Under the pieces are notes generated by a model. It did not search any database. It was not told where the DNA came from and saw only the letters and a list, made by a program, of their open reading frames with translations. Positions 48,727 to 57,670 of a stretch of 64,000 bases of DNA are shown here, one piece after another (within the stretch, counting starts at the first letter, position 1; each line of letters begins with the position of its first letter). The position numbers were made by a program, and so were the translations under genes. Source of the DNA: Candidatus Latescibacterota bacterium (lineage in GTDB: Bacteria; Latescibacterota; UBA2968); the NCBI GenBank assembly GCA_965207885.1, contig OZ242311.1, positions 832,001-896,000 of the forward strand. Direction: 5' to 3'.

Positions 48727-50460
48727 ATGACCAATCTCTCCCCAAAATCCCTCGCAGATGATCCCACCTTTGACGCATTTCTCCAGCATGCTCTTCAAAG
48801 TCGTTCCGATCACAATGTAGAACTCTTGACCCGCGCCTTTCATTTTGCCAAAAAGGCACATCAGGATCATTTTCGCAAGTCGGGCCAGCCGTATATTGTT
48901 CACGCGCTTGAGGTTGGGCGCATTCTTATCGATCTCAATCAGGATACTGCAACTCTGGTGGCTGGTGTTTTGCACGATACCATAGCGCACGGCACAGCAA
49001 CCCACGCACAAATCGCGCGTCATTTTGGTTCTCATATTGCCGATCTGGTTGACGGTGTGACCCGGATCAAAGATCTGACCTTCCAATCGCAAGAGGCCGA
49101 ACAAGCTGAGAATTTCCGCAAGATGTTTCTTTCTTTGATCAATGACTTGCGCGTTGTTCTCATTAAGTTTTGCGAGCGTCTGCACAATATGCGTACGCTG
49201 GATCCCCTGCCTCCTGAAACGCGCGAGCGCATGGCGCGCGAGAGTCTGGATATTTACGCGCCTCTGGCGCACCGTCTGGGGATTGCGCGCATTCGTTGGG
49301 AGCTTGAAGACCTGGCTCTCAAGTGGCTCGAACCCGAAGCCTATCGCGCGATTAGCAAAAAGATCCGTCTTAAGAGACGAGAACGCGAGGCCTATATCGA
49401 AGAGATGCGCGTACCGCTGCAAAAAATACTCAAGGAAGCAAATATTCGAGGGGAGATTGCGGGACGTCCCAAGAATTTCTTCAGTATTCACCAGAAGATG
49501 CAGACGCGGAGCAAAGCTTTTGAAGATATCTACGATTTGTTAGCTATTCGCATACTGGTCGATACGGTTCAGGAATGTTATCACGTTCTGGGTATGATTC
49601 ACTCGCTCTATACACCGGTTATGCCCCGGTTTAAGGATTTTATCGCAACGCCCAAGAGCAATATGTATCAATCTTTGCACACGACGGTGATAGGCCCGCG
49701 CGGGTTGATGATCGAGGTGCAGATACGCACCCACGAGATGCACCAAACAGCAGAAGAGGGTATTGCAGCACACTGGTTGTATAAAGAGGGGTCTCCAGAA
49801 AGGTCGGAACTCGATCAGCACATAGATGGGCTTCGCAATATGCTCGAGTGGCAAGGGGAGGCATCAGATCCTCAAGAAATTATCGAAGAACTCAAGGTCG
49901 ATCTTTTTTCAAATGAGATTTATGTTTTTACACCCCAGGGCGATTTGATACAACTTCCCGATGAGGCCACACCCGTCGATTTTGCCTTTGCAGTGCATAC
50001 CGAAATTGGCAATCGCTGCGTGGGCGCCCGCATTGACAGCCAGATGGTGTCACTTTCTACGCCGCTTGAAACAGGGCAGACGGTTGAGATTATTACGTCG
50101 CCGCACCAGCGTCCACACCGCGATTGGCTCGGTTTTGTCAAGAGTGCCAAAGCGCGAAGTTGTATTCGACGGGTTCTGCGTGAAGAGGCTTTTAATCAGA
50201 CGGAGACTTTTACTGCTACCATCCAGGTCACGGGTAGGGATCGCACCAATTTGTTATCCGATATGACGCAGGTTATGTCCAATCTCGGTGTTCCCATTGT
50301 GGGTGCCAGTATCGAGACCCATCGCGAGGAATTTAACAACCAGTTCCAGGTGGAGATCAAAGACGCCGATCACCTCGAAGAACTTCTGCAAAATCTCCGC
50401 AGGATTCCCAATGTCACGTCTGCTTATCGTCTCGAAGCCCCTCCGGAGGGTTCGTCTTGA
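48727..50460 (+). CDS. RelA/SpoT homologue, shortened, degenerate hydrolase
   Basis: APLAHRLG, DLLAIR, RFKD, YQSLHT, EVQIRT, TGS (TPVDFAFAVHT), C-terminal ACT. Confidence 0.9.
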   Translation: MTNLSPKSLADDPTFDAFLQHALQSRSDHNVELLTRAFHFAKKAHQDHFRKSGQPYIVHALEVGRILIDLNQDTATLVAGVLHDTIAHGTATHAQIARHFGSHIADLVDGVTRIKDLTFQSQEAEQAENFRKMFLSLINDLRVVLIKFCERLHNMRTLDPLPPETRERMARESLDIYAPLAHRLGIARIRWELEDLALKWLEPEAYRAISKKIRLKRREREAYIEEMRVPLQKILKEANIRGEIAGRPKNFFSIHQKMQTRSKAFEDIYDLLAIRILVDTVQECYHVLGMIHSLYTPVMPRFKDFIATPKSNMYQSLHTTVIGPRGLMIEVQIRTHEMHQTAEEGIAAHWLYKEGSPERSELDQHIDGLRNMLEWQGEASDPQEIIEELKVDLFSNEIYVFTPQGDLIQLPDEATPVDFAFAVHTEIGNRCVGARIDSQMVSLSTPLETGQTVEIITSPHQRPHRDWLGFVKSAKARSCIRRVLREEAFNQTETFTATIQVTGRDRTNLLSDMTQVMSNLGVPIVGASIETHREEFNNQFQVEIKDADHLEELLQNLRRIPNVTSAYRLEAPPEGSS

Positions 50461-50479
50461 GTGGTGGACTGGGGAAAAT

Positions 50480-50509
50480 AAAAGCCGACGTGCAGACGTC
50501 GGCTTTTTT
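50480..50509. terminator. Bidirectional terminator
   Basis: AAAAGCCGACGT GCAG ACGTCGGCTTTTTT. Confidence 0.85.
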
Positions 50510-50537
50510 AGTTTGGACTTGCTTTGCATATAATCGT

Positions 50538-51140
50538 TTACTCGAACTCAAATACACCCCACTTTGAGTCGGGTGAGTCTTTGATGATTGTGTTGTCCGA
50601 AAGCAGGACATGAAATCTGTATCGACTTCTGCCAAAAGGCATCCAGGTATAAATGGAATAGCAACGGCGGCAAGCCGTTATCTTGATCTCTGTGTCGCAT
50701 GGAATACAGTCCCAAAACCCTGCCGGTTTTCTTTGGCATCTGAGGCACTCAACTTGTTCAATCAGGTTTTTATTTCGTTCCTGGAATTTCGCCAATTCAT
50801 TAGGAGACACTACTGAGCCTATATACCATACACCTGAAGAGTTGCACACCTTGCAGAAAGATCTTTCGTCACCATCCATCGTTCGTTTTTCGCCCGAAAA
50901 ATCATCGTACACAATCAGGCAATTGTTACAAACGAAAATGCCCTCCACGTCTGGCTCGCGGTCCTCAAAACGCTTGAAGTATTCCAGAATATCGGATTTG
51001 TCACTGTCGGGCAATTTCTCGAATGGCTGCATTTTAGTTCCACACTCGTGGCAGCAACAGCCAAAGAAATTCTTTGCCCATCGGCCACCAAGCACCAGAA
51101 CTACGGTAACGAGGATGATCATAATAATAAACGCTTCCAC
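50538..51140 (-). CDS. Membrane-anchored multi-CxxC hypothetical protein
   Basis: N-terminal TM; six CxxC pairs. Confidence 0.7.
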   Translation of the reverse strand: MEAFIIMIILVTVVLVLGGRWAKNFFGCCCHECGTKMQPFEKLPDSDKSDILEYFKRFEDREPDVEGIFVCNNCLIVYDDFSGEKRTMDGDERSFCKVCNSSGVWYIGSVVSPNELAKFQERNKNLIEQVECLRCQRKPAGFWDCIPCDTEIKITACRRCYSIYTWMPFGRSRYRFHVLLSDNTIIKDSPDSKWGVFEFE

Positions 51141-51199
51141 AGTCGGTTCCTCATGTTAGTGATTGCTACTTCCTCTGTCCTATGGGTTTTTATTTTTTT

Positions 51200-51241
51200 T
51201 ATCCATCCCTATCCATCTGCGTCTATCTGCGTCCATCCCTG
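51200..51241. repeat. Degenerate 10-bp tandem repeat
   Basis: TCCATCCCTA TCCATCTGCG TCTATCTGCG TCCATCCCTG. Confidence 0.55.
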
Positions 51242-51270
51242 CTTACACCCGCAGGGACATGCCTGCGGAT

Positions 51271-52734
51271 CTACTCAATCAATTCTTTGGTATTGTGAAC
51301 GCGAATATCAACTTGGGGCCAGTGTTTATTCAGGATGTCTATGATGTGATCCTTAGGCCCGACAAAGATCATGATCATATTTTCTGGTACAAAGAATTTT
51401 TCGAGAAAGGCACGTACCTCAGCATCGGTAACCGACTTAGAACCACCTTTGCGGATTGGCGGATTATAGATGGCTCTATATACATCACTGTATAGTCTTC
51501 GCTGTGGTGTCAGTCGTTCATGGACATGGGCATAAACGACATTGCGATTTTCACGCAACGCTTTTATTTCCTCCCAAAAGCGGGGGTCATCGGAAAGTCC
51601 TCGGATGAAGTCGGACATTTTTGCGACCAATTCTTCGCTGTTCTGTAATCGGGGATCTGCATAAATTTCGAGAAATCTGATATTTTTTGATGATCGATAA
51701 CTGCAAGCAGTACCATAGACCAATCCCAACTCTTCTCTAAAATATTTGTAGAGCAACCCTTGGGCACCAGATCGCCCAAGCGTCATGGATATCATTGGAG
51801 AAATATAATTTGTTTCACCTATACTCCCATAGGGGATCAGCCAATAACAGAAAACGTTCTTTAAGTTTGAATAATTCTCAAAGACAAAAGCCGAAGGTCC
51901 AGAATAATGATCGGTGATTGGCTGTGCCAGTGAATGCACAAAACCGTCTGCCTGTCGTCGTATTGGACGAAACAATTTGGCAATCTCGGTGGAATCTCGG
52001 TCTGAGAGTATTTTAAATGGTGGAGATCTCAGTGAATCTACAAAACCGTCTGTCTGTCGTCTCAGGCGATCTTTCGACTCGTCTGTAATTGGACGAAGCA
52101 GTTTGGCAATCTCGGTGGAATCTCGGTCTGAGAGTGCCTTAAAAAACACCACTTCTGTTTTCAGAAGCCGAACATAATATCGCCTGATATCCTTTACAGA
52201 AAATTTCTTCAGCGTTTTTAAGGATCTGAGTTTTTTTATATCTCTTGTTTTTGCAAGTGCAAAATTTCTCATAAGATTAGTGGTATTTCTTTCCCGATCA
52301 TTTCGATAATTAGTCACCTCTCGCTTTTTCACATCTTCCAGATCAGACTCGAAAAACGCGAAATTATATATGACATCGCAGACTATTTCTATAGACTCAG
52401 CACAATTCTCAGACAGGGTGGAAATGGATACGGTCAGGGATGTTGTATTGACAAAAACATTCAAATGAGTGCCTAATACTGCCAATTGATCGATATGCCC
52501 CTGCTTTTTTGCAGACTCCCAAATCAACTTTGAGACTGTTCTTGCAAGCCCAATCTGAGCAGGGGATTCTTGGTTACTTCCTGCACCGAGAAAGATAATA
52601 TCAATTCTGGTCAATGGGGCGCGTTTGTCCTGGCGATAAAAAATTTGATGGTTGGAAATCTCTGCATAAGCTGGCAGGATACTACACAGATAATATAGCA
52701 CAAAGCTGTAAATTATACTCTGGAGTCTATTCAT
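51271..52734 (-). CDS. M16 peptidase inactive (beta-like) subunit
   Basis: No HxxEH; FREELGLVY motif; overlaps partner gene. Confidence 0.8.
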   Translation of the reverse strand: MNRLQSIIYSFVLYYLCSILPAYAEISNHQIFYRQDKRAPLTRIDIIFLGAGSNQESPAQIGLARTVSKLIWESAKKQGHIDQLAVLGTHLNVFVNTTSLTVSISTLSENCAESIEIVCDVIYNFAFFESDLEDVKKREVTNYRNDRERNTTNLMRNFALAKTRDIKKLRSLKTLKKFSVKDIRRYYVRLLKTEVVFFKALSDRDSTEIAKLLRPITDESKDRLRRQTDGFVDSLRSPPFKILSDRDSTEIAKLFRPIRRQADGFVHSLAQPITDHYSGPSAFVFENYSNLKNVFCYWLIPYGSIGETNYISPMISMTLGRSGAQGLLYKYFREELGLVYGTACSYRSSKNIRFLEIYADPRLQNSEELVAKMSDFIRGLSDDPRFWEEIKALRENRNVVYAHVHERLTPQRRLYSDVYRAIYNPPIRKGGSKSVTDAEVRAFLEKFFVPENMIMIFVGPKDHIIDILNKHWPQVDIRVHNTKELIE

Positions 52735-54193
52735 TTGAGGACAGCCTTTCGGGAGAACTGCGTCTTCTTATGGCCCATACCACCAGCGATACAAAACCTG
52801 CCAATATCCAGAAGATAAACGCATAGTATAACAGGGTTCGCAAAGGTGTTTTTTCTTTCGGTGGTAATGTTAAGGAAAGAGTTATGGAATTGTCATCTCT
52901 CAAGTATTGATCTATCAGGTGCGGGATGTCGTCTCTGTGGGCAGATTTGAGATCTTTTATCATTTTTGGATATAGTAAGGGATCGTTGGTATGAGCGAAT
53001 GCTCGCCCGAACTCATTGGCCATACCTGAGCGGTTGTAAAATGCGGAATACATTGACTTTAATTGCAGATTTTGGGCCGCAGTAAATTCGTCCTCAGAGA
53101 CACCACGCGCTCTGATTTCCTCCAATTCTGTTTGGATAGCGGTCTCAATGGCATCTATGGAAGTGTCGGTCGGCAGGTCTGCCCAGCAACTCAGCAAACT
53201 AAATCCTTTATAGTGGTTAAATGACACCCTGAAAATCCGGGCGAGCTTGGCATCAATCACAGAAGATCGTAGGGAATCTGAGGCCTTGGTCAAAATGCGG
53301 GCAAGAATGAGCAAGGTCGCATAGTCGCGATGGCCTAAATGGGGGGTTTGCCAACTTTTCCAGAATTTGGCAATACGGAGGCTTTTTGAAGTGTCTTTTA
53401 CTTTTTTTCCGAATATTTCAGGGTTGGGAAATTGCGGAGAAGGTGATTCGCTCGATGATTCGTCTGGTATTTGTTCATTGCCATAGGCTTCGTCCAGTTT
53501 GGTCAGGACATGATCCATATCCACATCGCCGACCACCACAACCAATCTCTTTTGGCGGCGCAGGAAATTATCATGGTACGCTTTCAAATCATCAGGTTCG
53601 AGTTGTTTAATAAAGTCCTCAGTCCCAACGCCACTAAAATTCTTTTTTTTATAGACCAGGCCCCAAAAGCGATTGGAAAATTTTTTGTTTGAGTTTGCTG
53701 AATTACGACTTTTTTCCGTTAGTACAATTTTCTTTTCGTTTTCAACGACCTCTTCATTGACCAACGTGCCGTAATATCTATCGCGATCTATTTCAACTGC
53801 AAGGTCAAATTTGTCCTTCGGAAATCGCATTCTTAAGTACATATGATGGATAGTTGTAGCGGCATAATTTTGACCCCCGTTATCGACAATAATTTCGTTG
53901 AGTTTTCCCGGCCCATGGCTTCCAGTACCTGCCATGATGTGCTCTAAGAAGTGTATCCGCCCTTGTTGACCTTCTGCCTCATCTGCTGAACCAGTACTGT
54001 AGTAGGTATGGTATTCAAATGTCGGGATTGTTTTATCTACAACGATAACGGCGTCGAGTCTGGGATTAATAGTGTAGTGTTGCGCGACGAGTTCTTCAGA
54101 TAATGCTTCCGCTCCAACAAGCCGATAAGAATGGCAAGTACCCGTCGGCAAGATGCATACAAGGAATGAGATGATCGCGCAGGTTTTTATCAT
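52727..54193 (-). CDS. M16 zinc peptidase catalytic subunit with C-terminal TM
   Basis: GSADE, HFLEH, NYAAT, EKKIVLTE; signal peptide and C-terminal hydrophobic helix. Confidence 0.85.
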   Translation of the reverse strand: MIKTCAIISFLVCILPTGTCHSYRLVGAEALSEELVAQHYTINPRLDAVIVVDKTIPTFEYHTYYSTGSADEAEGQQGRIHFLEHIMAGTGSHGPGKLNEIIVDNGGQNYAATTIHHMYLRMRFPKDKFDLAVEIDRDRYYGTLVNEEVVENEKKIVLTEKSRNSANSNKKFSNRFWGLVYKKKNFSGVGTEDFIKQLEPDDLKAYHDNFLRRQKRLVVVVGDVDMDHVLTKLDEAYGNEQIPDESSSESPSPQFPNPEIFGKKVKDTSKSLRIAKFWKSWQTPHLGHRDYATLLILARILTKASDSLRSSVIDAKLARIFRVSFNHYKGFSLLSCWADLPTDTSIDAIETAIQTELEEIRARGVSEDEFTAAQNLQLKSMYSAFYNRSGMANEFGRAFAHTNDPLLYPKMIKDLKSAHRDDIPHLIDQYLRDDNSITLSLTLPPKEKTPLRTLLYYAFIFWILAGFVSLVVWAIRRRSSPERLSSNE

Positions 54194-54241
54194 GTTTGAT
54201 ACTCGGCAAAGGGGAAGGAGTTGTCTCGTACATCCTCTAAT

Positions 54242-54291
54242 ACTGCACAGTATAAATTCTGAAGGTTCTTCCAGCAAGTTTGAAAGAATCT
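54242..54291 (-). promoter_or_regulatory. Sigma70 promoter module, copy 1
   Basis: TTGCTG-17-TATACT on minus strand; 42/50 identical to 55504-55553. Confidence 0.7.
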
Positions 54292-54364
54292 CCTCTGAAT
54301 CTTACATAAAATACAAACGTATGTATAAATGATTAAAAATAAATGCTTTATGGTAATTTATCAA

Positions 54365-54413
54365 AAGCCCGTAAAACCCACTCGCAGAGAGCTTTAGCGT
54401 TGGGAGTAGTCAC
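54365..54413 (+). mobile_element. Possible IS200/IS605 (TnpB-type) right-end remnant
   Basis: ...CTTTAGCGTTGGGAGTAGTCAC resembles IS605-group right ends; no tnpA/tnpB present. Confidence 0.4.
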
Positions 54414-54483
54414 TTCAATATGCTTTCCCTAAAGGCCAAATGCTTAAAATCGCGTCACACATCCAACTCTTGTCCAGGGCAAA

Positions 54484-55470
54484 TCACATCTGTTCTTCCA
54501 GCCGACGCTTATCTTTAATGCGTACATTCAGTTTTTTGATGGCATTTAGATATTTTGCTTCGGACTTTCTGGCATAGGCTTCTTCTAATGCAGTTCGCGC
54601 TTGGTCGAACTGGTCCGTGTACATATAGCCCAGACCAAGATTGTAATATGCCTTATGGACTAAAGGGGAATTGGGATAGGTTTCGGTTACCCTTTGAAAG
54701 ATGTCAAGCGCGGCATCCCAATTGCCCAGCTTGACCATTCTAAAGCCCTGTTCCAATTGTGGCATTTTTTTGTCGGTTTCAAATGAGACGTACACACGCT
54801 CGGTGTAAGGCACAATCATCCGCATAAAAGAGCGAATAATTTGCGTTCGGCACGTCTCAAAAAGTCGCGAGCGATCAATACGGGGCGGCTTTAAATTCTT
54901 CCTCGATTCTTTTGCGCTCGCAGATTTGTCAAACTTCCTGGTTGCCAAAATTTTTGATGTGCGCAAATCCACAATACGCAGGCTGACACTTACCTTTGCG
55001 GTCCCTTCGCGGTAGTATGTTCGCGTGGTATCGACTTCACCCGTCTTTTTATCTTTTTTCTCAACATCTTTGTGGGTTAAATCCTCGCTGTAGTTGTATT
55101 CTGAAATAGTGCCAGAGATGAGGGCGATGTTTCCGGTACGATTGTTCTGGCCAAAACCCATCTTCAGGCTCTCGTGATCGAGTACTTCAAATCGTTTAGA
55201 TTCAAAGAGGACCTGTGTCAACTCGGCGGAGAATTTATTGCTTCCCGAGTCTTTGGTTTCTCCACCTCCTACAACCCGGACAAGATCGCTGAGTGCCGAT
55301 AAGACTCCGCTTCCCGAACCTTTAATTTCTCCAACCGCAATTTTGTCAAAATCTTTTAGATTAATTTCAGCCGGCTGTGTTACTGTAACAAAAAGTCCAG
55401 TACTGCCACAACCCATAAACAGGCCCGAGATCAACAAGAGGGTGAGATTGAATAAATGCATTTTTTTCAT
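54484..55470 (-). CDS. Lipoprotein with CsgG-like N-terminal domain and C-terminal TPR
   Basis: Lipobox FMGC; SKRFEVLD, VSLRIVD; AYYNLG TPR. Confidence 0.75.
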   Translation of the reverse strand: MKKMHLFNLTLLLISGLFMGCGSTGLFVTVTQPAEINLKDFDKIAVGEIKGSGSGVLSALSDLVRVVGGGETKDSGSNKFSAELTQVLFESKRFEVLDHESLKMGFGQNNRTGNIALISGTISEYNYSEDLTHKDVEKKDKKTGEVDTTRTYYREGTAKVSVSLRIVDLRTSKILATRKFDKSASAKESRKNLKPPRIDRSRLFETCRTQIIRSFMRMIVPYTERVYVSFETDKKMPQLEQGFRMVKLGNWDAALDIFQRVTETYPNSPLVHKAYYNLGLGYMYTDQFDQARTALEEAYARKSEAKYLNAIKKLNVRIKDKRRLEEQM

Positions 55471-55503
55471 AACGAACCTCTATATGTCTGGATACATTCT
55501 TGC

Positions 55504-55553
55504 ACTACACAGTATAAAAACTGGAGGTTCTTCCGGCAAGCCTGAAAGAACCT
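55504..55553 (-). promoter_or_regulatory. Sigma70 promoter module, copy 2
   Basis: TTGCCG-17-TATACT with AGGTTCTT/AAGAACCT inverted repeat around -35. Confidence 0.7.
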
Positions 55554-55556
55554 TGT

Positions 55557-56609
55557 TCATCCCTGTTCATCTGTGGTTCCCCACACCAGAACGCGGTCCG
55601 GGTCAATAGACGGGTATATTTCATCGCCGATACGCCACTGCTGTTCATCGGAAATCAAGATCTGGATGGGTTGACCCGCCCAGTCGGCGAGCAAGATGGT
55701 CGATGCGCCGAGGTATTCGACGACTTCGATGGTCGCGGGGATTTTACCTCCGCGGGGTGAAATATTTTCAGCACGGATACCGAGAGTGGCGTTTGAAGGG
55801 GCGTTGTGGTCTGCGGTCATGAGGGGTTGATTCGAGGCTGTGAACCATTGGTCTCGCTGTTTGTGGACGTCTATTGTGTTGATGGGGGGATAGCCGAGTT
55901 GATGGGCGACGGTCGGGGAATTGGGCTGCTGGTAGATTTCTTCGGGGGTACCGATTTGCAGGATTTTCCCTTCGGATAATACGGCGATTCGGTCGCCCAT
56001 AGAGAGGGCTTCAACCCGGTCGTGGGTGACGTAGATCATGGGTGTGTGCAGGTCGCGCTGGAGGCGGATGAGTTCGACGCGCAATACTTCGCGCAATTTT
56101 GCATCCAGGTTGGTGAGGGGTTCGTCCAGGAGAAAGAGTTGGGGTTGGCGCACGATGGCGCGTCCGATTGCGACGCGTTGCATTTCGCCGCCGGATAAGT
56201 TCGTGGCGGGTCGGTCCAAAAGCGGGGTTATGCGAAGCAGGTCGGCGGTGTGGGAAATTCTGTTTGCTATGTCTGTTTTGGAGAGGTTGCGCCCGGGTGC
56301 CTGGAGTGGAAATGCGAGGTTCTGGCGCACGGTTTTGTTGGGGTAGAGCGAGAAGTTTTGAAAGACGAGGGCGATGTCGCGTTCTGCAGGTAGCTGATGG
56401 GTTATGTCTGTGCCATTGACGGTTATACGCCCGGTGTCCGCTGCTTCGAGACCCGCGATGGTGCGCAAGAGCGTTGTTTTGCCCGCGCCTGTTGGGCCCA
56501 GGACGACGAGGAGTTCTTCGGCGTGGAGAGAGAGTGAGATTTCCGAGAGTGCCCGGGTTTCGCCGTAGTTTTTGGACAGGTTAGTGATTTTGAGAAATGG
56601 GGCATTCAT
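55557..56609 (-). CDS. Sugar ABC transporter ATP-binding protein
   Basis: GPTGAGKT, LSGGEMQR, DEP. Confidence 0.93.
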   Translation of the reverse strand: MNAPFLKITNLSKNYGETRALSEISLSLHAEELLVVLGPTGAGKTTLLRTIAGLEAADTGRITVNGTDITHQLPAERDIALVFQNFSLYPNKTVRQNLAFPLQAPGRNLSKTDIANRISHTADLLRITPLLDRPATNLSGGEMQRVAIGRAIVRQPQLFLLDEPLTNLDAKLREVLRVELIRLQRDLHTPMIYVTHDRVEALSMGDRIAVLSEGKILQIGTPEEIYQQPNSPTVAHQLGYPPINTIDVHKQRDQWFTASNQPLMTADHNAPSNATLGIRAENISPRGGKIPATIEVVEYLGASTILLADWAGQPIQILISDEQQWRIGDEIYPSIDPDRVLVWGTTDEQG

Positions 56610-57670
56610 GCGAGGGCTGTTTCCGTATCTGGATCGAACAGGCGAATATGTGTTTCATTCAGGTGCAGGTGGATTGTTTCTCCGATGGCGAAGCGGTCGG
56701 TTGAGCGCATGATTAGTTCGCCTATTGGGGTATCTACGTGTACGTAACCGTGGCTGCCGAGGTATTCGCTGAGGATGACTTTGCCCGGTATGCCGCGGTT
56801 GGTAGGGCGGATAAATTCCGGGCGCATGCCAAAGATGATTTGCGCGGGCGCGATGTTCGCGTGGATGGGGATGTGAATGTCTGTATCCGGACGGGTAAAG
56901 GAAAGTCCGTTCTCGCGTTGCACAATTTGTCCGGTTAATAGATTCATGCCCGGGCTGCCGACGAAATTTGCGACAAAGAGGTCTGCGGGATGGTTGTAGA
57001 TTTCTGATGGGGATCCGATTTGTCTGATTTTGCCGCCGTCCATGACGACAATGCGATCCGCCAGGCTCAAGGCTTCTTCCTGGTCGTGTGTGACGTAGAT
57101 GGCTGTTATGGAGAGTGATAGTTGTTGGCGGCGTATAAATGCTCTGAGTTCCAATCGGTGTTCTGCGTCGAGTGTGCCCAGGGGTTCGTCCATGAGATAG
57201 ATGTCCGGTGTGCGCACCATTGCACGGGCGAGAGAGACGCGCTGTTGATCTCCGCCTGAAAGTTGTCTGGGGTATTGGTTGAGTAGTGTTTCGATACTCA
57301 GGGCGTGGGCAACGCGGTCTATCGCCGCTTCGGTATCTGCGGGGGATGTGCCGATGTTTTCGAGAGGGAACGCGATATTTTTGCGGACGGTCATGTGCGG
57401 GTAGAGGGCGTAAAACTGGAAGACAAAGCCCACGTCGCGTTGAGATGGCGGCAGGTGTGTGACGTTCTGGTTGTCGAAGGTGATCCGTCCGCCGGTTGGA
57501 TCTTCCAGTCCCGCGATCATCCGCAATGTGGTTGTTTTGCCACATCCCGAGGGTCCCAGGAGGACGATAAATTCCCCTTTGTCAACACGCAGGTCAATAC
57601 CCCTGACTGCCCGCGTGCCATCGGGGTAGGTTTTTTGGAGGTTTTGAAGTTCGAGAAATGGCATGATCAC
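56606..57670 (-). CDS. Sugar ABC transporter ATP-binding protein
   Basis: GPSGCGKT, LSGGDQQR, THDQEEA. Confidence 0.93.
   Translation of the reverse strand: MIMPFLELQNLQKTYPDGTRAVRGIDLRVDKGEFIVLLGPSGCGKTTTLRMIAGLEDPTGGRITFDNQNVTHLPPSQRDVGFVFQFYALYPHMTVRKNIAFPLENIGTSPADTEAAIDRVAHALSIETLLNQYPRQLSGGDQQRVSLARAMVRTPDIYLMDEPLGTLDAEHRLELRAFIRRQQLSLSITAIYVTHDQEEALSLADRIVVMDGGKIRQIGSPSEIYNHPADLFVANFVGSPGMNLLTGQIVQRENGLSFTRPDTDIHIPIHANIAPAQIIFGMRPEFIRPTNRGIPGKVILSEYLGSHGYVHVDTPIGELIMRSTDRFAIGETIHLHLNETHIRLFDPDTETALA

Noticed and set aside
45984-49491. Long minus-strand ORFs opposite glgP and the RSH gene
   Set aside because: Antisense shadows of conserved genes with no motifs.
50538-51140. Multiheme cytochrome c
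   Set aside because: CxxC pairs lack the following His.
54242-55553. Integron attC cassette array
   Set aside because: No RYYYAAC/GTTRRRY ends and no intI; the repeats read as sigma70 promoters.
56655-57545. 296-aa alternative-frame ORF
   Set aside because: Arg/Pro-rich off-frame shadow inside the ABC ATPase gene.
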